64,000 bases of DNA, taken from the NCBI GenBank assembly GCA_963715985.1, contig CAVQSP010000014.1, positions 416,001 through 480,000 of the forward strand, in the 5' to 3' direction. Below are positions 48,646 through 60,944 of the stretch, in pieces. Origin of the DNA: an uncultured Thermoleophilia bacterium. Lineage in GTDB: Bacteria; Actinomycetota; Thermoleophilia; UBA2241. The notes under the pieces were generated by a model that was not told the DNA's origin, searched no databases, and saw only the letters and a program-made list of their open reading frames with translations. Every line of letters starts with the position of its first letter. Position 1 is the stretch's first letter. The translations under genes were made by a program, and so were the position numbers.

Positions 48646-49221
48646 GTGGACGACCTGCTTCTGCACGTGTGCTGCGGGCCTTGTTCCACGGTGGCAGTGC
48701 CGGCCTGGCGCGAGCGCGGCCTCGAGCCGGTGGCCTGGTTCCACAACCCCAACATCCAGCCGGCCGCGGAGCTGGAGCGCCGCCTCGAGACCATGCGGCG
48801 CTTCGCCCGCGCGGCCGGCCTCGAGCTCGTGGAGGAGCCGAGAATGGCCACCGCGGACGCCACCGCCTGGGCGGCATGGGCGAGCCGCCAGGTCACCGCG
48901 GCGCCGGATGTCCGGTGCGCCGCCTGCATCAGCTCGCGTATGGAGGCGGCCGCGGCGGCCGCGGAGCGCCTGGGCGTGCGCCGCTTCTCCACCAGCCTCA
49001 GTGTGAGTCCATACCAGCGGCACGACCTCATCGTGGCGGCCGGGGAAGAGGCGGGGTCCCGGCACGGCGTGGACTTCGCCTACCTCGACCTGCGCGCGGA
49101 CTTCCGCGCCAGCTACGCCGAGAGCCGGCGTCTGGACCTCTATCGCCAGTCGTACTGTGGGTGCGCCGCCAGCAAGTGGGAGGCCTGGCACGGGCGCCGG
49201 GCGCGGCGGGGGGCGGGATGA
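48646..49221 (+). CDS. queH: Epoxyqueuosine reductase QueH (DUF208)
   Basis: LLHVCCGPC, NPNI.P, RCAAC, SP, YRQSYCGC. Confidence 0.9.
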   Translation: MDDLLLHVCCGPCSTVAVPAWRERGLEPVAWFHNPNIQPAAELERRLETMRRFARAAGLELVEEPRMATADATAWAAWASRQVTAAPDVRCAACISSRMEAAAAAAERLGVRRFSTSLSVSPYQRHDLIVAAGEEAGSRHGVDFAYLDLRADFRASYAESRRLDLYRQSYCGCAASKWEAWHGRRARRGAG

Positions 49222-50297
49222 CCGCTTCCGGCGCCGCCGCGCTGCGCCTCGAGGACCTCGACTACGACCTGCCGCCGGAGCTTGTCGCGCAGCATCCGGC
49301 CGACCCGCGCGACTCGTCGCGACTGCTGATCTGGGACCGGCAGGCATCACTGCTCGCAGACCGCCGCTTCAGCGACCTGCCCGCCCTGCTGCGGCCCGGC
49401 GACGTGCTGGTGCGCAACGACACCCGCGTGTTCCCCGCGCGGGCCTTCTTCCGCCGCGCCACGGGGGGGCGCATCGAGGCGCTCTTCCTGCGGCCGGCGG
49501 GCGCAGCCGGCCCGGCCGGTCCGGAGGCCGCTTCCGGCGTCTGGGAGGTCCTTCTGCGAGGGCGCCCGCGTCCCGGCGAGACGCTCACCAGTGAGGCGCT
49601 CGGCGACGCCTGGCCGCTGGTCTGCCGGGAGCCTCTCGGCGACGGCCGCTGGACGGTGACCAGCGGCGCCTCCCGCGACGTCTTCGACCTCCTCGAGGAG
49701 GCGGGCGTCACTCCACTGCCGCCGTACATCCGTGAGGAGCTTGACGACCCCGGCCGCTACCAGACCGTGTACGCCCGCGTGCGCGGCTCCTCCGCCGCGC
49801 CCACCGCCGGCCTGCACTTCACCCCCGAGCTGGACGCGGCCCTCGCGAGCGCCGGCGTGACCATCGAAAGCGTGACGCTGCACGTGGGCCTGGGCACGTT
49901 CAAGCCGCTGCAGGAGGACGGTCTCGCGTCCGCGGAGCTGCACGCCGAGGTCTACGAGCTGCAGGCGGACGTCTGGAGCAGGCTGCTCGGCGCGCGCGCC
50001 GACGGCCGCCGCGTGGTGGCGGTGGGCACCACGTCGCTGCGCGTGCTGGAGCACGTGGCGGCCGCCGCCCTGACCGGGGAGGCGCCGCTGTGCGGCGAGA
50101 CCCGGCTCTTCATCCGCCCCGGCCACGAGTTCCTCGCCGTGGACGGGCTGGTGACCAACTTCCACCTGCCGCGCACCAGCCTGCTCGCCCTCGTCATGGC
50201 CTTCTGCGGCGTGGAGCAGACGCGCCACCTGTACGCGCACGCGGTGGAGCGACGCTACCGCTTCTACAGCTTCGGCGACGCCATGCTGGCCTTGTGA
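49218..50297 (+). CDS. queA: S-adenosylmethionine:tRNA ribosyltransferase-isomerase
   Basis: [49 protein letters not shown]. Confidence 0.96.
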   Translation: MTASGAAALRLEDLDYDLPPELVAQHPADPRDSSRLLIWDRQASLLADRRFSDLPALLRPGDVLVRNDTRVFPARAFFRRATGGRIEALFLRPAGAAGPAGPEAASGVWEVLLRGRPRPGETLTSEALGDAWPLVCREPLGDGRWTVTSGASRDVFDLLEEAGVTPLPPYIREELDDPGRYQTVYARVRGSSAAPTAGLHFTPELDAALASAGVTIESVTLHVGLGTFKPLQEDGLASAELHAEVYELQADVWSRLLGARADGRRVVAVGTTSLRVLEHVAAAALTGEAPLCGETRLFIRPGHEFLAVDGLVTNFHLPRTSLLALVMAFCGVEQTRHLYAHAVERRYRFYSFGDAMLAL

Positions 50298-50344
50298 GCC
50301 GGCACGGTTACAACGCGCGGCCGGGCGCCCAGCCCGGCGCCCCC

Positions 50345-51464
<1,120 letters not shown>

Positions 51465-51469
51465 GCCGC

Positions 51470-51913
51470 ATGGGCGGAGGCGCGGCCATCATCATCTGGA
51501 TCCTGGTCTTCTTCGGGATCTTCTACTTCCTGGCCATCAGGCCTCAGCGCCGCCAGAAGGCGCAGCACTCCGAGATGGTGCAGATGCTCAAGCGTGGCGA
51601 CGAGGTCGTCACCATCGGCGGTATGTTCGGCACCGTCACCAAGATCGGCGACGACTGGGTAGAGCTCGAGATCGCCAAGCGCACCAAAGTCCGGTACCTC
51701 AAGCGCGCTGTCTCGTCGATCACCAACATCGTCGAGGACGACGAGGACGAGGACGAGTACATCGAAGCGGGCGAGGACGACGTCGTGGACGAGACGGAGG
51801 GCACCGCTGAGGTGGCCGACGAGGTCGACGAAGAGCCCGTCGCCGAGGCGGAGGACGAGGTGGTGGACGAGGTGCCGGACGCACCCGTCCCTCCCAAGGA
51901 GCCGTCCGCCTGA
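51470..51913 (+). CDS. yajC: Preprotein translocase subunit YajC with long acidic tail
   Basis: [21 protein letters not shown]; SD AGGAGG; internal promoter TGCTAAGAT at 51367. Confidence 0.92.
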   Translation: MGGGAAIIIWILVFFGIFYFLAIRPQRRQKAQHSEMVQMLKRGDEVVTIGGMFGTVTKIGDDWVELEIAKRTKVRYLKRAVSSITNIVEDDEDEDEYIEAGEDDVVDETEGTAEVADEVDEEPVAEAEDEVVDEVPDAPVPPKEPSA

Positions 51914-51951
51914 TTGCGCCGCCTCGAGCCTGGCAGTCATGAGTACTGAAC

Positions 51952-51984
51952 CGACGAGCCCTGCAGGCCCTGCAGGGCTCGTCG
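51952..51984 (+). terminator. 15-bp hairpin after yajC
   Basis: CGACGAGCCCTGCAG-gcc-CTGCAGGGCTCGTCG; no clear U-tract. Confidence 0.6.
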
Positions 51985-52062
51985 CATTCGGGAGATGCAG
52001 GGATTCTTGCCTGCGGCCCGAACTGCGTTCTGACGTGGTGTCGACACAGGGGTAACGCTTTC

Positions 52063-52821
52063 ATGGCGCATGTCATCGCCTTCGCGAACCAGAAGGGCGG
52101 CGTAGCCAAGACCACCTCCACAGTGAACCTGGGGGCCGCCCTGCGTGAGCACGACCTGAGGGTGCTGGCCGTGGACATGGACCCCCAGGGCAACCTGACC
52201 ATGAGCCAGGGCATCGACACCGAGGGGCTCGAGAAGAGCATGTACGACGTCCTCGTGCACCGTCTGCCCATCGAGGACGTCATCTACGAGCGCGAGCTGG
52301 ATGTGGCGGCCGCCACCATCGACCTCGCCGGCGCCGAGATGGCGCTCGCGCAGATGATCGGCCGCGAGCGCGCCCTTCAGCGCGCCCTGGACCCCGTGCG
52401 CGAGCGCTACGACTACATCCTCATCGACACGCCTCCGTCGCTGGGGCTGCTCACCATCAACGCCCTCACCGCTTCAGAAGGCGTCATCGTGCCGGTACAG
52501 TGTGAGTACCTGTCGCTGAGGGGCCTGCTGCAGCTGGAGAGGACGCTGGAGATGATCCGCGAGAACCTCAATCCCGAAGTGCGTATCAAGGGCATCCTGC
52601 CGACGCTGTTCGACGCCCGCACGAGCCACGGCAGGGAGTCCATCGAGGTGCTGCGCGACAACTTCGGCCCGCTCGTGTTCGACACGGTGGTGCGCAAGAC
52701 CATCAAGTTCGCCGAAGCGCCGGTCATCGGGGCCTCGGTGCTCAAGTACGACCCCCGCGGCAGGGGGGCCGAATCGTACCGCGCCCTCGCGCGGGAGGTG
52801 CTGAATGGTCGATCGTCCTAG
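52063..52821 (+). CDS. parA: ParA/Soj-family ATPase (orphan, no parB)
   Basis: [10 protein letters not shown] deviant Walker [32 protein letters not shown]. Confidence 0.93.
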   Translation: MAHVIAFANQKGGVAKTTSTVNLGAALREHDLRVLAVDMDPQGNLTMSQGIDTEGLEKSMYDVLVHRLPIEDVIYERELDVAAATIDLAGAEMALAQMIGRERALQRALDPVRERYDYILIDTPPSLGLLTINALTASEGVIVPVQCEYLSLRGLLQLERTLEMIRENLNPEVRIKGILPTLFDARTSHGRESIEVLRDNFGPLVFDTVVRKTIKFAEAPVIGASVLKYDPRGRGAESYRALAREVLNGRSS

Positions 52822-54001
52822 CATGAAGGATGGACTGAGCGAGCTCTTCCGGCGCACGGACAGCGCGGGGCCGCCGCCTGAGGCCGCCCAGGATGCGGTC
52901 GTCAAAGGGCGGCCGTACGTGACCACCATCAAGGTCGTGGGTGTGGGCGGCGCCGGCACCAACGCCGTGAACCGCATGGTCGACTCGGGCGTGAAGGGCG
53001 TCGAGTTCATCGCCATCAACACCGACGTTCAGCAGCTCGGGATGTGCGACGCCGACGTCAAGATCCACATCGGCCAGGAGCTCACGCACGGCCTCGGAGG
53101 CGGCGCCAACCCGGAGGTCGGGCGCGAGGCCATGGAGGCGTCGCGCGACCAGCTCAAGGCGGCGTTGCGCGGCGCCGACCTGGTCTTCGTCACGGCCGGC
53201 GAGGGCGGCGGCACAGGCACCGGCGGTGCGCCCGTGGTCGCCCAGGTGGCGCACGAGCTCGGCGCCGTCACCATCGCCATCGTCACCAAGCCGTTCGGCT
53301 TCGAGGGCAACCGCCGGATGCACCAGGCGCTGGACGGCATCGACGTCATGCGCAGCATCGCCGACACCGTCATCAGCATCCCCAACGACCGCCTGCTCGA
53401 GGTCGTGGAGCGCAACACCAGCGTGGTCGAGGCGTTCAAGCACGCCGACGACATCCTGCGCCAGGGCGTGCAGGGCATCACCGACCTCATCACGGTGCCC
53501 GGCCTCATCAACCTGGACTTCGCCGACGTGCGCACCATCGTCAAGGACGCCGGCACGGCCCTGCTCGGCATCGGCGTGGCCGGGGGCGAGAACCGCGCCC
53601 AGGCCGCCGCCGACGCGGCCATCCATTCGCCGCTCCTGGAGACCTCCATCGACGGCGCCCGCGGGCTGCTGCTCAACATCACCGGCGGCGAGGACCTCAC
53701 GCTCTTCGAGGTCAACGAGGCCGCCGGTGTCATCGGCGAAGCCGCCGACGACGACGCCAACATCATCTTCGGCGCCGTGGTGGACGAGCGGCTCAAGGGC
53801 AAGATCTCCATCACCGTCGTGGCCACCGGCTTCGGCGACGCAGCGCCGCGCCAGTCCGCAGAGGCGGCGCCCGACCGCGCCCGTCCGCTCGCCGAGACCG
53901 TGCGCGAGGCTCCGGCCCCGTCGAAGCCGTTCGGCAGTGCGCCGACGTTCGATTCCGGGGACTTCGAGATCCCGTCCTTCGTGCGCCAGCCTGAGGAGTA
54001 G
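52805..54001 (+). CDS. ftsZ: Cell division protein FtsZ with N-terminal extension
   Basis: [26 protein letters not shown]7 loop NLDFAD, C-terminal EIPSF peptide. SD GGAGG 6 nt before the ATG, inside parA. Confidence 0.95.
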   Translation: MVDRPSMKDGLSELFRRTDSAGPPPEAAQDAVVKGRPYVTTIKVVGVGGAGTNAVNRMVDSGVKGVEFIAINTDVQQLGMCDADVKIHIGQELTHGLGGGANPEVGREAMEASRDQLKAALRGADLVFVTAGEGGGTGTGGAPVVAQVAHELGAVTIAIVTKPFGFEGNRRMHQALDGIDVMRSIADTVISIPNDRLLEVVERNTSVVEAFKHADDILRQGVQGITDLITVPGLINLDFADVRTIVKDAGTALLGIGVAGGENRAQAAADAAIHSPLLETSIDGARGLLLNITGGEDLTLFEVNEAAGVIGEAADDDANIIFGAVVDERLKGKISITVVATGFGDAAPRQSAEAAPDRARPLAETVREAPAPSKPFGSAPTFDSGDFEIPSFVRQPEE

Positions 54002-54034
54002 CCCGTTTGACTGCGCATCCCGGAGGCGACGACC

Positions 54035-54802
54035 GTGCCTGCTGACGCGGCCGTCGCCGCACCTCCGGTAGCCCTGGAGCTGGACCTCGACGTCTTCGAC
54101 GGGCCGTTCGACCTCCTCGTCACGCTCATCCTCAAGGACGAGATCGACATCTGGGAGGTACGCGTCTCGAGCATCATCGCCGAGTACGTCCTCAAGCTTG
54201 CCGACAGCGGCGAGTTCGACCTCGACGCCACCTCGCAGTTCGTGGTGCTGGTGGCGGCGCTGCTGGAGATGAAGTCACGTCTGCTCCTCGAGGAGGACGT
54301 CGAGGAGGAGCTCGAGGATCTTGACCCGGACGAGGCGGCCGCGCGGCTCCTCGAGCGCCTGGTGCGCTACAGCCAGTTCAAGAACGCCGCCGTCGCGCTG
54401 CGCGCGCGGTGGGAGGAGCACAGCGGGCGCCTGTACAGGACGGCGCCGGTACCGGCGTCGCTGCTGCGCCGGCCGGCCCCCGAAGGGGCCCTGCCGGCGC
54501 GGGCCCTGGCCGCCGCCCTCGCGCCGCTGCTGCGCGAGCCTCCGGTCCCCGACACGAGCCACCTCGCCGATCTCGCCGTGTCGCTGGTCAAGGAGCTCCG
54601 CCGTCTGCGCCTCATCCTCGGCGACACCGGCGAGTTCACGTTCTCCTCGGTGGCGCCCGACGACCGTCTGGAGCGTGCCGTCACCTTCTTCGCGCTGCTC
54701 GAGCTGCATTCGGGAGGCGAGGCGACGCTGCGCCAGCGGCGGCACTTCGGCGACATCACGGTGACCCGGCTGCCCGAGCTCGCGCCGGCCGTCGCCGGGT
54801 GA
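54035..54802 (+). CDS. scpA: Segregation and condensation protein A (kleisin)
   Basis: FDGPFDLLVTLI, LLEMKSRLL, FFALLEL, FGDI. Confidence 0.92.
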   Translation: MPADAAVAAPPVALELDLDVFDGPFDLLVTLILKDEIDIWEVRVSSIIAEYVLKLADSGEFDLDATSQFVVLVAALLEMKSRLLLEEDVEEELEDLDPDEAAARLLERLVRYSQFKNAAVALRARWEEHSGRLYRTAPVPASLLRRPAPEGALPARALAAALAPLLREPPVPDTSHLADLAVSLVKELRRLRLILGDTGEFTFSSVAPDDRLERAVTFFALLELHSGGEATLRQRRHFGDITVTRLPELAPAVAG

Positions 54803-54864
54803 CGCCGGGCGCCGGACTGCGGTAGCATCGGTCTCACCAGTTCACTGGCCGACCCCGGGATCTC

Positions 54865-55441
54865 ATGCCGACACTCACCCAGCGCCTCGAAGCGCTCCTG
54901 TTCATCTCCCCGCGTCCGCTTCCGCCTGCCGAGATGGCGGCGGCCTGCGCGGCGTCCGCGAGAGGAGGTGGAGTCGGCGCTGGTTGCGCTGCGTGAGGAG
55001 TACGCCGCCGGGCGTCACGGCCTGGTACTGAGGGAGGTCGCGGGTGGTGTGACCATGGCCGTCGCCCCCGAGTGCGAGGACGACGTGCGCCGCCTCACCG
55101 GGGCCGAGCGCCCGGACGACCTCACGCCGGCACTGCTCGAGACGCTCGCGGTGGTGGCCTATCTGCAGCCGGTGACGCGCGCCGACGTGGCCGAGGTGCG
55201 CGGCGTGTCCTCGGAGTGGGCCCTCTCCTCGCTCGAGGAGCGTGGCTTGGTGGTGCAACAGGGCCGCGCGGACAGTCCCGGCTCGCCCATCCTGTACGGG
55301 ACGGGCGAGCGCTTTCTCAAGCTGTTCGGCCTCGACGCCTCTACGGCGCTGCCCCCGCTCGAGGAGTTCGCTCTCCAGCCGTCGGACGTGGACGAGATCC
55401 GCGCCCGGCTCTTCGCCAATGCCGAGAGGAGACGGGTGTGA
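54865..55441 (+). CDS. scpB: Segregation and condensation protein B; frameshift near 54950
   Basis: LEALLF, LETLAVVAYLQPVTR, RGV, YGT..FL..FGL. Confidence 0.9.
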
Positions 55442-56548
55442 GTCAGCCCATGAACCTTGTGGTCTACCTGGCGCGCGCCGGGGTCGGATCGCGTCGTACG
55501 TGTGACGAGCTCGTGCGCGACGGAGCGGTCACCGTGAACGGCGAGGTGGTCACGTTCCCGCGCCAGAAGATCGGCGAGGAGGACGTGGTAGCCGTGCGCG
55601 GTGACACCGTCGAGCCGCGCGAGCTGCGCTACCTGCTCGTCAACAAACCGCGAGGCGTGGCGAGCACGCGCAGCGACCCCCACGCCGACCGCGTGATCGT
55701 GGACCTGGTCCCGAACGGCCGCATGCTGTTCCCGGTCGGCCGACTGGACGTGGACACCACCGGCCTCATCATCCTCACCAACGACGGCGTGCTGGCCAAC
55801 AGGCTGATGCACCCACGCTACGGCGTGCCCAAGACCTACGCGGCGCGTGTCAAAGGCAAGGTCAGCAGGCGGGCGCTCGGTGCACTTCGCCAGGGCGTCG
55901 AGCTCGAGGACGGCCTTACGGCGCCCGCGGAGGTCAACCTGCGCAAGCAGAGCGCCAAGACGGCCCTCGTCGACATCACCATCCACGAGGGCCGCAAGCG
56001 CCAGGTGCGGCGCATGTTCGCGTCGGTGGGCCTGCCGGTGGAGGAGCTCCACCGGCGCCGGTACGGCCCTATCGCCGACAAAGGCCTTGAGCCGGGCGGC
56101 TTCCGCGAGCTGGCCGGGGACGAGGTGGAGGCGCTGCGCCAGGCCTGCGGAAGAGGTGGCCGACGCGGTGGGCCAGGAGTCAGAGGGCCAGCCACTGATG
56201 CTCGCGGCCGAGGCACAGCCCGTCCTGTCGGACGCGAGCCTGGTCGCACCCGATGCCGAGGTCGCGGAGGCGACCATGCTGGCGCCGGCCCCCGAGTCCG
56301 CGCCGTCTCCACAGACCGCGCCGGCCTCCAGGGAGCCTGCAGCCGCGGAGTCCGCGGCGGGGACTTCCGCGCCGTCTGCTGAGCTCGGCGACTCCTCCGG
56401 CGCCGAGCCCGGACCCGAGCACACCGCCGGCGACGCGCCGGAGCCAGACGATGGTCCCGGCGAGGATCCGGAGCCAGACGACGCCCCCGGCGACGAGGCG
56501 AGGTCCGACGCCGCTGCCGGGGAGCCCGGCGCGGGAGAGGACGGCTGA
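55438..56548 (+). CDS. rluB: rRNA pseudouridine synthase (RsuA/RluB family) with acidic tail; frameshift near 56150
   Basis: S4 domain, NKPRG, PVGRLDVDTTGL, EGRKRQVRRM. The acidic low-complexity tail is in the frame ending at 56548. Confidence 0.88.
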
Positions 56549-56576
56549 TGCCCGCGAAAGCGAGTCCGCTCTGAGC

Positions 56577-57593
56577 ATGCTCGTCGTCATGCGCGAGGGC
56601 GCGACGGAGGGCGACGTGGCCCGCGTCGTGGCGCGCGTGGAAGAGGTCGGGGCGAGCGCCCACATCTCGGTCGGGGAGCGCGTGACCATCGTCGCCGTGC
56701 TCGGCGACCGCGAGTCCATCACCCAGCTGCCGCTCGAGGTCATGCCGGGAGTGGACCGCGTGGTGGCCATCCTGCGCCCGTACAAGCTCGTCAGCCGCGA
56801 GTTCCAGCAGCACGACACCGTGATCGACGTGCGCGGCGCCAAGATAGGCGGCGGCCACTTCGCGATCATCGCCGGACCCTGCTCGGTGGAGACCCCGGAG
56901 CAGGTGCTCGCCGCAGCGCGCGCCGTCAAGGCGGCCGGCGGCCACATGATGCGCGGCGGCGCCTTCAAGCCGCGCACCTCGCCCTATGCCTTCCAGGGCC
57001 TGGGCGAGGAAGGCCTGCAGATGCTCGCCGCCGCCCGCGACGAGACCGGCCTCCCGATCGTCACCGAAGTGATGGATCCGCGCGACCTGGACGTGGTGTG
57101 CGAGTACGCGGACGTGCTCCAGATCGGCGCCCGCAACACGCAGAACTTCCTGCTCCTGGCGGAGGTGGGCAGGATCGCCAAGCCGGTGCTCCTGAAGCGT
57201 GGTCCGTCCACCACGATCGAGGAGCTGCTCATGGCGGCCGAGTACATCGTCAAGGAGGGCAACCGCGAGGTGATCCTGTGTGAGCGCGGCATCCGCACGT
57301 TCGAGCCGGCCACGCGCAACACGTTCGACGTCAGCGCGGTGCCGGTGATCAAGCTCGCCAGCCACCTGCCCGTGGTGGTCGACCCGAGCCACTCCGCCGG
57401 CCGGCTCGACCTCGTCCTGCCGCTCTCGCTGGCCGGCGTCGCCGCCGGGGCGGACGGTGTGCTGGTGGAGACGCATCCCAACCCGGAGCACGCCCTGTGC
57501 GACGGTCCGCAGTCGCTGCCCACGGCCGTGTTCGGCGAGTACGCCGGCCGCGTCCTGGACCTGGCACGCTGGGCCGGCAAGACGGTGAAGTGA
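56577..57593 (+). CDS. aroF: 3-deoxy-7-phosphoheptulonate (DAHP) synthase, class I-beta, with N-terminal regulatory domain
   Basis: IAGPCSVE, GGAFKPRTSPY, QIGARN, LCERG, DPSH, CDGPQ. Confidence 0.95.
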   Translation: MLVVMREGATEGDVARVVARVEEVGASAHISVGERVTIVAVLGDRESITQLPLEVMPGVDRVVAILRPYKLVSREFQQHDTVIDVRGAKIGGGHFAIIAGPCSVETPEQVLAAARAVKAAGGHMMRGGAFKPRTSPYAFQGLGEEGLQMLAAARDETGLPIVTEVMDPRDLDVVCEYADVLQIGARNTQNFLLLAEVGRIAKPVLLKRGPSTTIEELLMAAEYIVKEGNREVILCERGIRTFEPATRNTFDVSAVPVIKLASHLPVVVDPSHSAGRLDLVLPLSLAGVAAGADGVLVETHPNPEHALCDGPQSLPTAVFGEYAGRVLDLARWAGKTVK

Positions 57594-57597
57594 GGCG

Positions 57598-58710
57598 GTG
57601 AGCGACGTGGCCGTCAGGACCGTTGCCGTCATCGGCGTCGGCCTCATGGGCGGTTCGCTGGGGCTGGCGGCACGCGAACGCGCCGGGGTGACCGAGGTCC
57701 GTGGCTACAGCCAGACCCGGGCGACACTCGACCTCGCGCTGGAACGCGGTGCCATCACCACCGCGTGTGCGAGTCTCGAGGAGGCTGCCACGGGCGCCGA
57801 CCTCGTCTTCGTGTGCACGCCGGTGCGCCTCGTGGTGAAGCACGTCAAGGCGGCGCTCGCGGCGGCGCCGCCGCACGCCGTGATCAGCGACGTGGGCAGC
57901 ACCAAGGGCCCGCTGATGCGGGCGCTCACTCCCGAGGAGCAGGAGCGCTGTGTGGGAGGGCACCCGCTGTGCGGCTCGGAGACGGCCGGCGTGGCCAACG
58001 CCCGCGCCTCCCTGTATGAGGGCGCCACCTACTTCGTCACGCCCGGCGACCACGTGTCCACCGAGGCCTACCAGCTCCTGTACGGCTTCCTCGGCGACAT
58101 CGGCTCGCGGCCGGTCGCCGTGGACCCGGAGGAGCACGACCGCCTGATGGCCGTGGTCAGCCACCTCCCTCACGTGCTCGCCAACGTCCTCATGACGCAG
58201 GCCGGGCTGCACACGGGCTCCCGCGACGCGCTTCTCTCGGCGGGCCCCAGCTTCCGCGACCTCACGCGCGTGGCCGGCAGCAACCGGCGCGTGTGGACCG
58301 ACATCTTCCTCGAGAACAGGGCGGCTCTGCTGGCCGCCCTCGCGACCTTCCAGCAGGGCCTGCAGGAGGTGCTGGAGGCGCTCGCGGCCAACGACGCCGA
58401 GCGCCTCGGCGACACCATCCGCAACGCGGCCTCGCAGCGCGAGCGCATGCTCGCCGCCGGCAGCCTCACGGCCCGCGAGCTGCATCGCCTCATCGTGCGC
58501 GTGCCCGACAGGCCCGGCGTGTTCAGCGAGATCATGGTGGCCCTCGGCGACGCCGGCATCAACATCGAGGACCTCTCCATGCACCACATGAGCGCCGAGC
58601 TCGGGGGCACGCTCACCGTGTACGTGCTCGGCGAGGACGCGAGCCTGCGCGGCCTGCACATCCTCGCCGGCCTGGGCTACGACGTGATCACCGGGAGCGA
58701 GCTGGAATGA
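57598..58710 (+). CDS. tyrA: Prephenate dehydrogenase with C-terminal ACT domain
   Basis: [20 protein letters not shown]...[18 protein letters not shown]. Confidence 0.93.
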   Translation: MSDVAVRTVAVIGVGLMGGSLGLAARERAGVTEVRGYSQTRATLDLALERGAITTACASLEEAATGADLVFVCTPVRLVVKHVKAALAAAPPHAVISDVGSTKGPLMRALTPEEQERCVGGHPLCGSETAGVANARASLYEGATYFVTPGDHVSTEAYQLLYGFLGDIGSRPVAVDPEEHDRLMAVVSHLPHVLANVLMTQAGLHTGSRDALLSAGPSFRDLTRVAGSNRRVWTDIFLENRAALLAALATFQQGLQEVLEALAANDAERLGDTIRNAASQRERMLAAGSLTARELHRLIVRVPDRPGVFSEIMVALGDAGINIEDLSMHHMSAELGGTLTVYVLGEDASLRGLHILAGLGYDVITGSELE

Positions 58711-59367
58711 CGGTCGTGGCGGTGGACGGTCCCGTAGGCTCGGGCAAGAGCACGGTGGCCCGCCGCGTGGCCGTTCGCCTCGGCTACGTCTACTTGGACA
58801 CCGGGGCCATGTACCGGGCGGTGGGGCTGCTCGCCACGGAGGCGGGAGTGTCGCTGGACGACGAGGCCGCCGTGGTGGCCGTGGCCGGCGCCGCGCGCCT
58901 GCGCTTCGACGGCGACGGCCGCCTCTTCGCCGGCGAGCGCGACGTGAGCGAGGCCATCCGCACGCTGGAGATGGGCGCGGCGGCCTCGCGCGTCTCTGCG
59001 CTGCCCGGCGTCCGCTCGTTGCTGGTGGAGCGAGCAGCGGCGCCTCGCCGGGTCCTCCGACATCGTCATGGAGGGCCGCGACATCGGCACCAACGTGTTC
59101 CCGGGTGCCGAGGTCAAGGTGTTCCTGACGGCGCGCCCGGAGGTGCGGGCGGCGCGCCGTGCCGCCGAGCTGCTCGCGAAGGGAGAAGACGTCGACGAGG
59201 CCACGGTGCTGGCGGCGCTCCTCGAGCGCGACGAGCGCGACTCCACCCGCACGGTGGCGCCGCTGCGCAAGGCCGATGACGCCGTGGAGGTGGACACCTC
59301 CGAGCTGACACTCGACGAGGTCGTCGACGCCGTGGTGGCCATCGCTCGGGAGAGGACCGCGCCGTGA
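58707..59367 (+). CDS. cmk: Cytidylate kinase; frameshift near 59033
   Basis: [35 protein letters not shown]. Confidence 0.93.
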
Positions 59368-60006
59368 AGCTCTGGGGACTGCCGCTCGTCGGGTACGGGG
59401 ACAGCGGCCTCTACACGTTCTGCCGCTTCCTCGCCGTGCCCCTGTTCGGCGGCGTCTACGGCTGCCGCGTCACGGGCGCCGGGAACCTGCCCCGCACCGG
59501 CCCCGTGATCGTGGCCTGCAATCACAAGGCCAACATCGACCCCGTGATCGCCGGCATGGTCTGCGACCGGCCGCTGCGCTACATGGCCAAGAAGGAGCTG
59601 TTCCGCCACGCGCCCTTCCGCAAGCTCATCGTGAGCCTGGGCGCCTTTCCCATCGATCGGGGCGCCGGCGACCGCGAGGCCCTGCGCACGTCGCTGGACA
59701 TCCTCGGGGAGGGCGGCGTGCTGCTGATGTTCCCGGAGGGCCACCGCCAGCACGACGACGCCATCCACGACTTCATGCCCGGTGTCGGCATGCTCGCCCT
59801 GCGCAGCGGCGCCCCCGTGGTGCCGCTGGCCATGGACGGTACGCAGCGCATGATGCCGGATGGGCGTCCGCACCTCACCGGTGCTGCGTACCGCCATCGG
59901 CCCGCCCATCGACATGGGCGACCTCACGGCGCGCAACAGCAAGACCTACCAGGAGGCGGCGCGGCGCATGCAGCAGGCCCTGACCGATCTGTATGCGGGG
60001 CTCTGA
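59364..60006 (+). CDS. plsC: 1-acyl-sn-glycerol-3-phosphate acyltransferase; frameshift near 59880
   Basis: NHxxxxD (NHKANID), MAKKEL, FPEG.R. Confidence 0.9.
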
Positions 60007-60097
60007 CCCGGCGCCGCGCGAGACCGGCGAGCAGCGCCCCGACGAGGTCGTCGAGCCGGAGCGGCGCGCCGAGCTCCGCCAGGTGCGCACCGGCACC

Positions 60098-60944
60098 GTG
60101 GAGATCGTCGTGGCGCGGTACGCGGGCTACTGCTACGGGGTCGAGAGAGCACTGCGCACCACGGAGGAGGCCCTCGAGGGCGCCGTGGGTCCGGTCGCGA
60201 GCCTGGGCCCCATCATCCACAACCCTACGGTGGTCGGGCAGCTCGAGGCCCGTGGTGTGGCCGTGGTGGACGATGCCGAACACATGGAGAGCGGCACGCT
60301 GATCGTGCGCACCCACGGCGTGGCGCCCGCACGTGGTCGAACGCGCCCGGGAGCGCAACCTCGCCGTGGTCGACGCCACCTGCCCGTTCGTGGCGGTGGC
60401 GCAGCGCAAGGCGGCGAGCCTGCGCGAGGCGGGCTACGCGGTCGTGATCCTGGGGGAGCGCGACCACCCCGAGGTGGCCGGGCTGCAGGGCTTCGCGGGA
60501 GAGGGCGCCGTGGTGGTGGAGGACGCCGCCGGTCTGCCGCTGGAACGGCTGCGCGGCAAGCGCGTCGGCCTCGTGGTGCAGACCACGCAGACGCGCGCCA
60601 ACCTCGCCAGCGTGGCCGCGGCCGTCGCGCCGGTGGCGCGGGAGATGCTGGTGTACAACACCATCTGCGACGCCACCGAGAAGCGCCAGGACGCGGCCTG
60701 CGAGCTGGCCGCGGAGGTGGACGCCGTGGTCGTGGTCGGCGGCCGCAACAGCGCCAACACGGCGCGGCTGGCCCAGCTCTGCCTGGCCATCGAGCCGCGC
60801 ACCCACCACATCGAGTCGGCCGCCGAGCTGCGCCCGGAGTGGTTCGCCGGCGCCGCGCGTGTGGGCGTGACCGCCGGGGCCTCGACCCCGGACGAGGAGA
60901 TCGAGGCCACCGTGGTGGCCCTGGTGGACCTCTGTGGCGGCTGA
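60098..60944 (+). CDS. ispH: 4-hydroxy-3-methylbut-2-enyl diphosphate reductase; frameshift near 60330
   Basis: AGYCYGVERA, IIHN, RTHG, DATCP, QTT, TICDAT, SAN, AGASTP. Confidence 0.94.
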
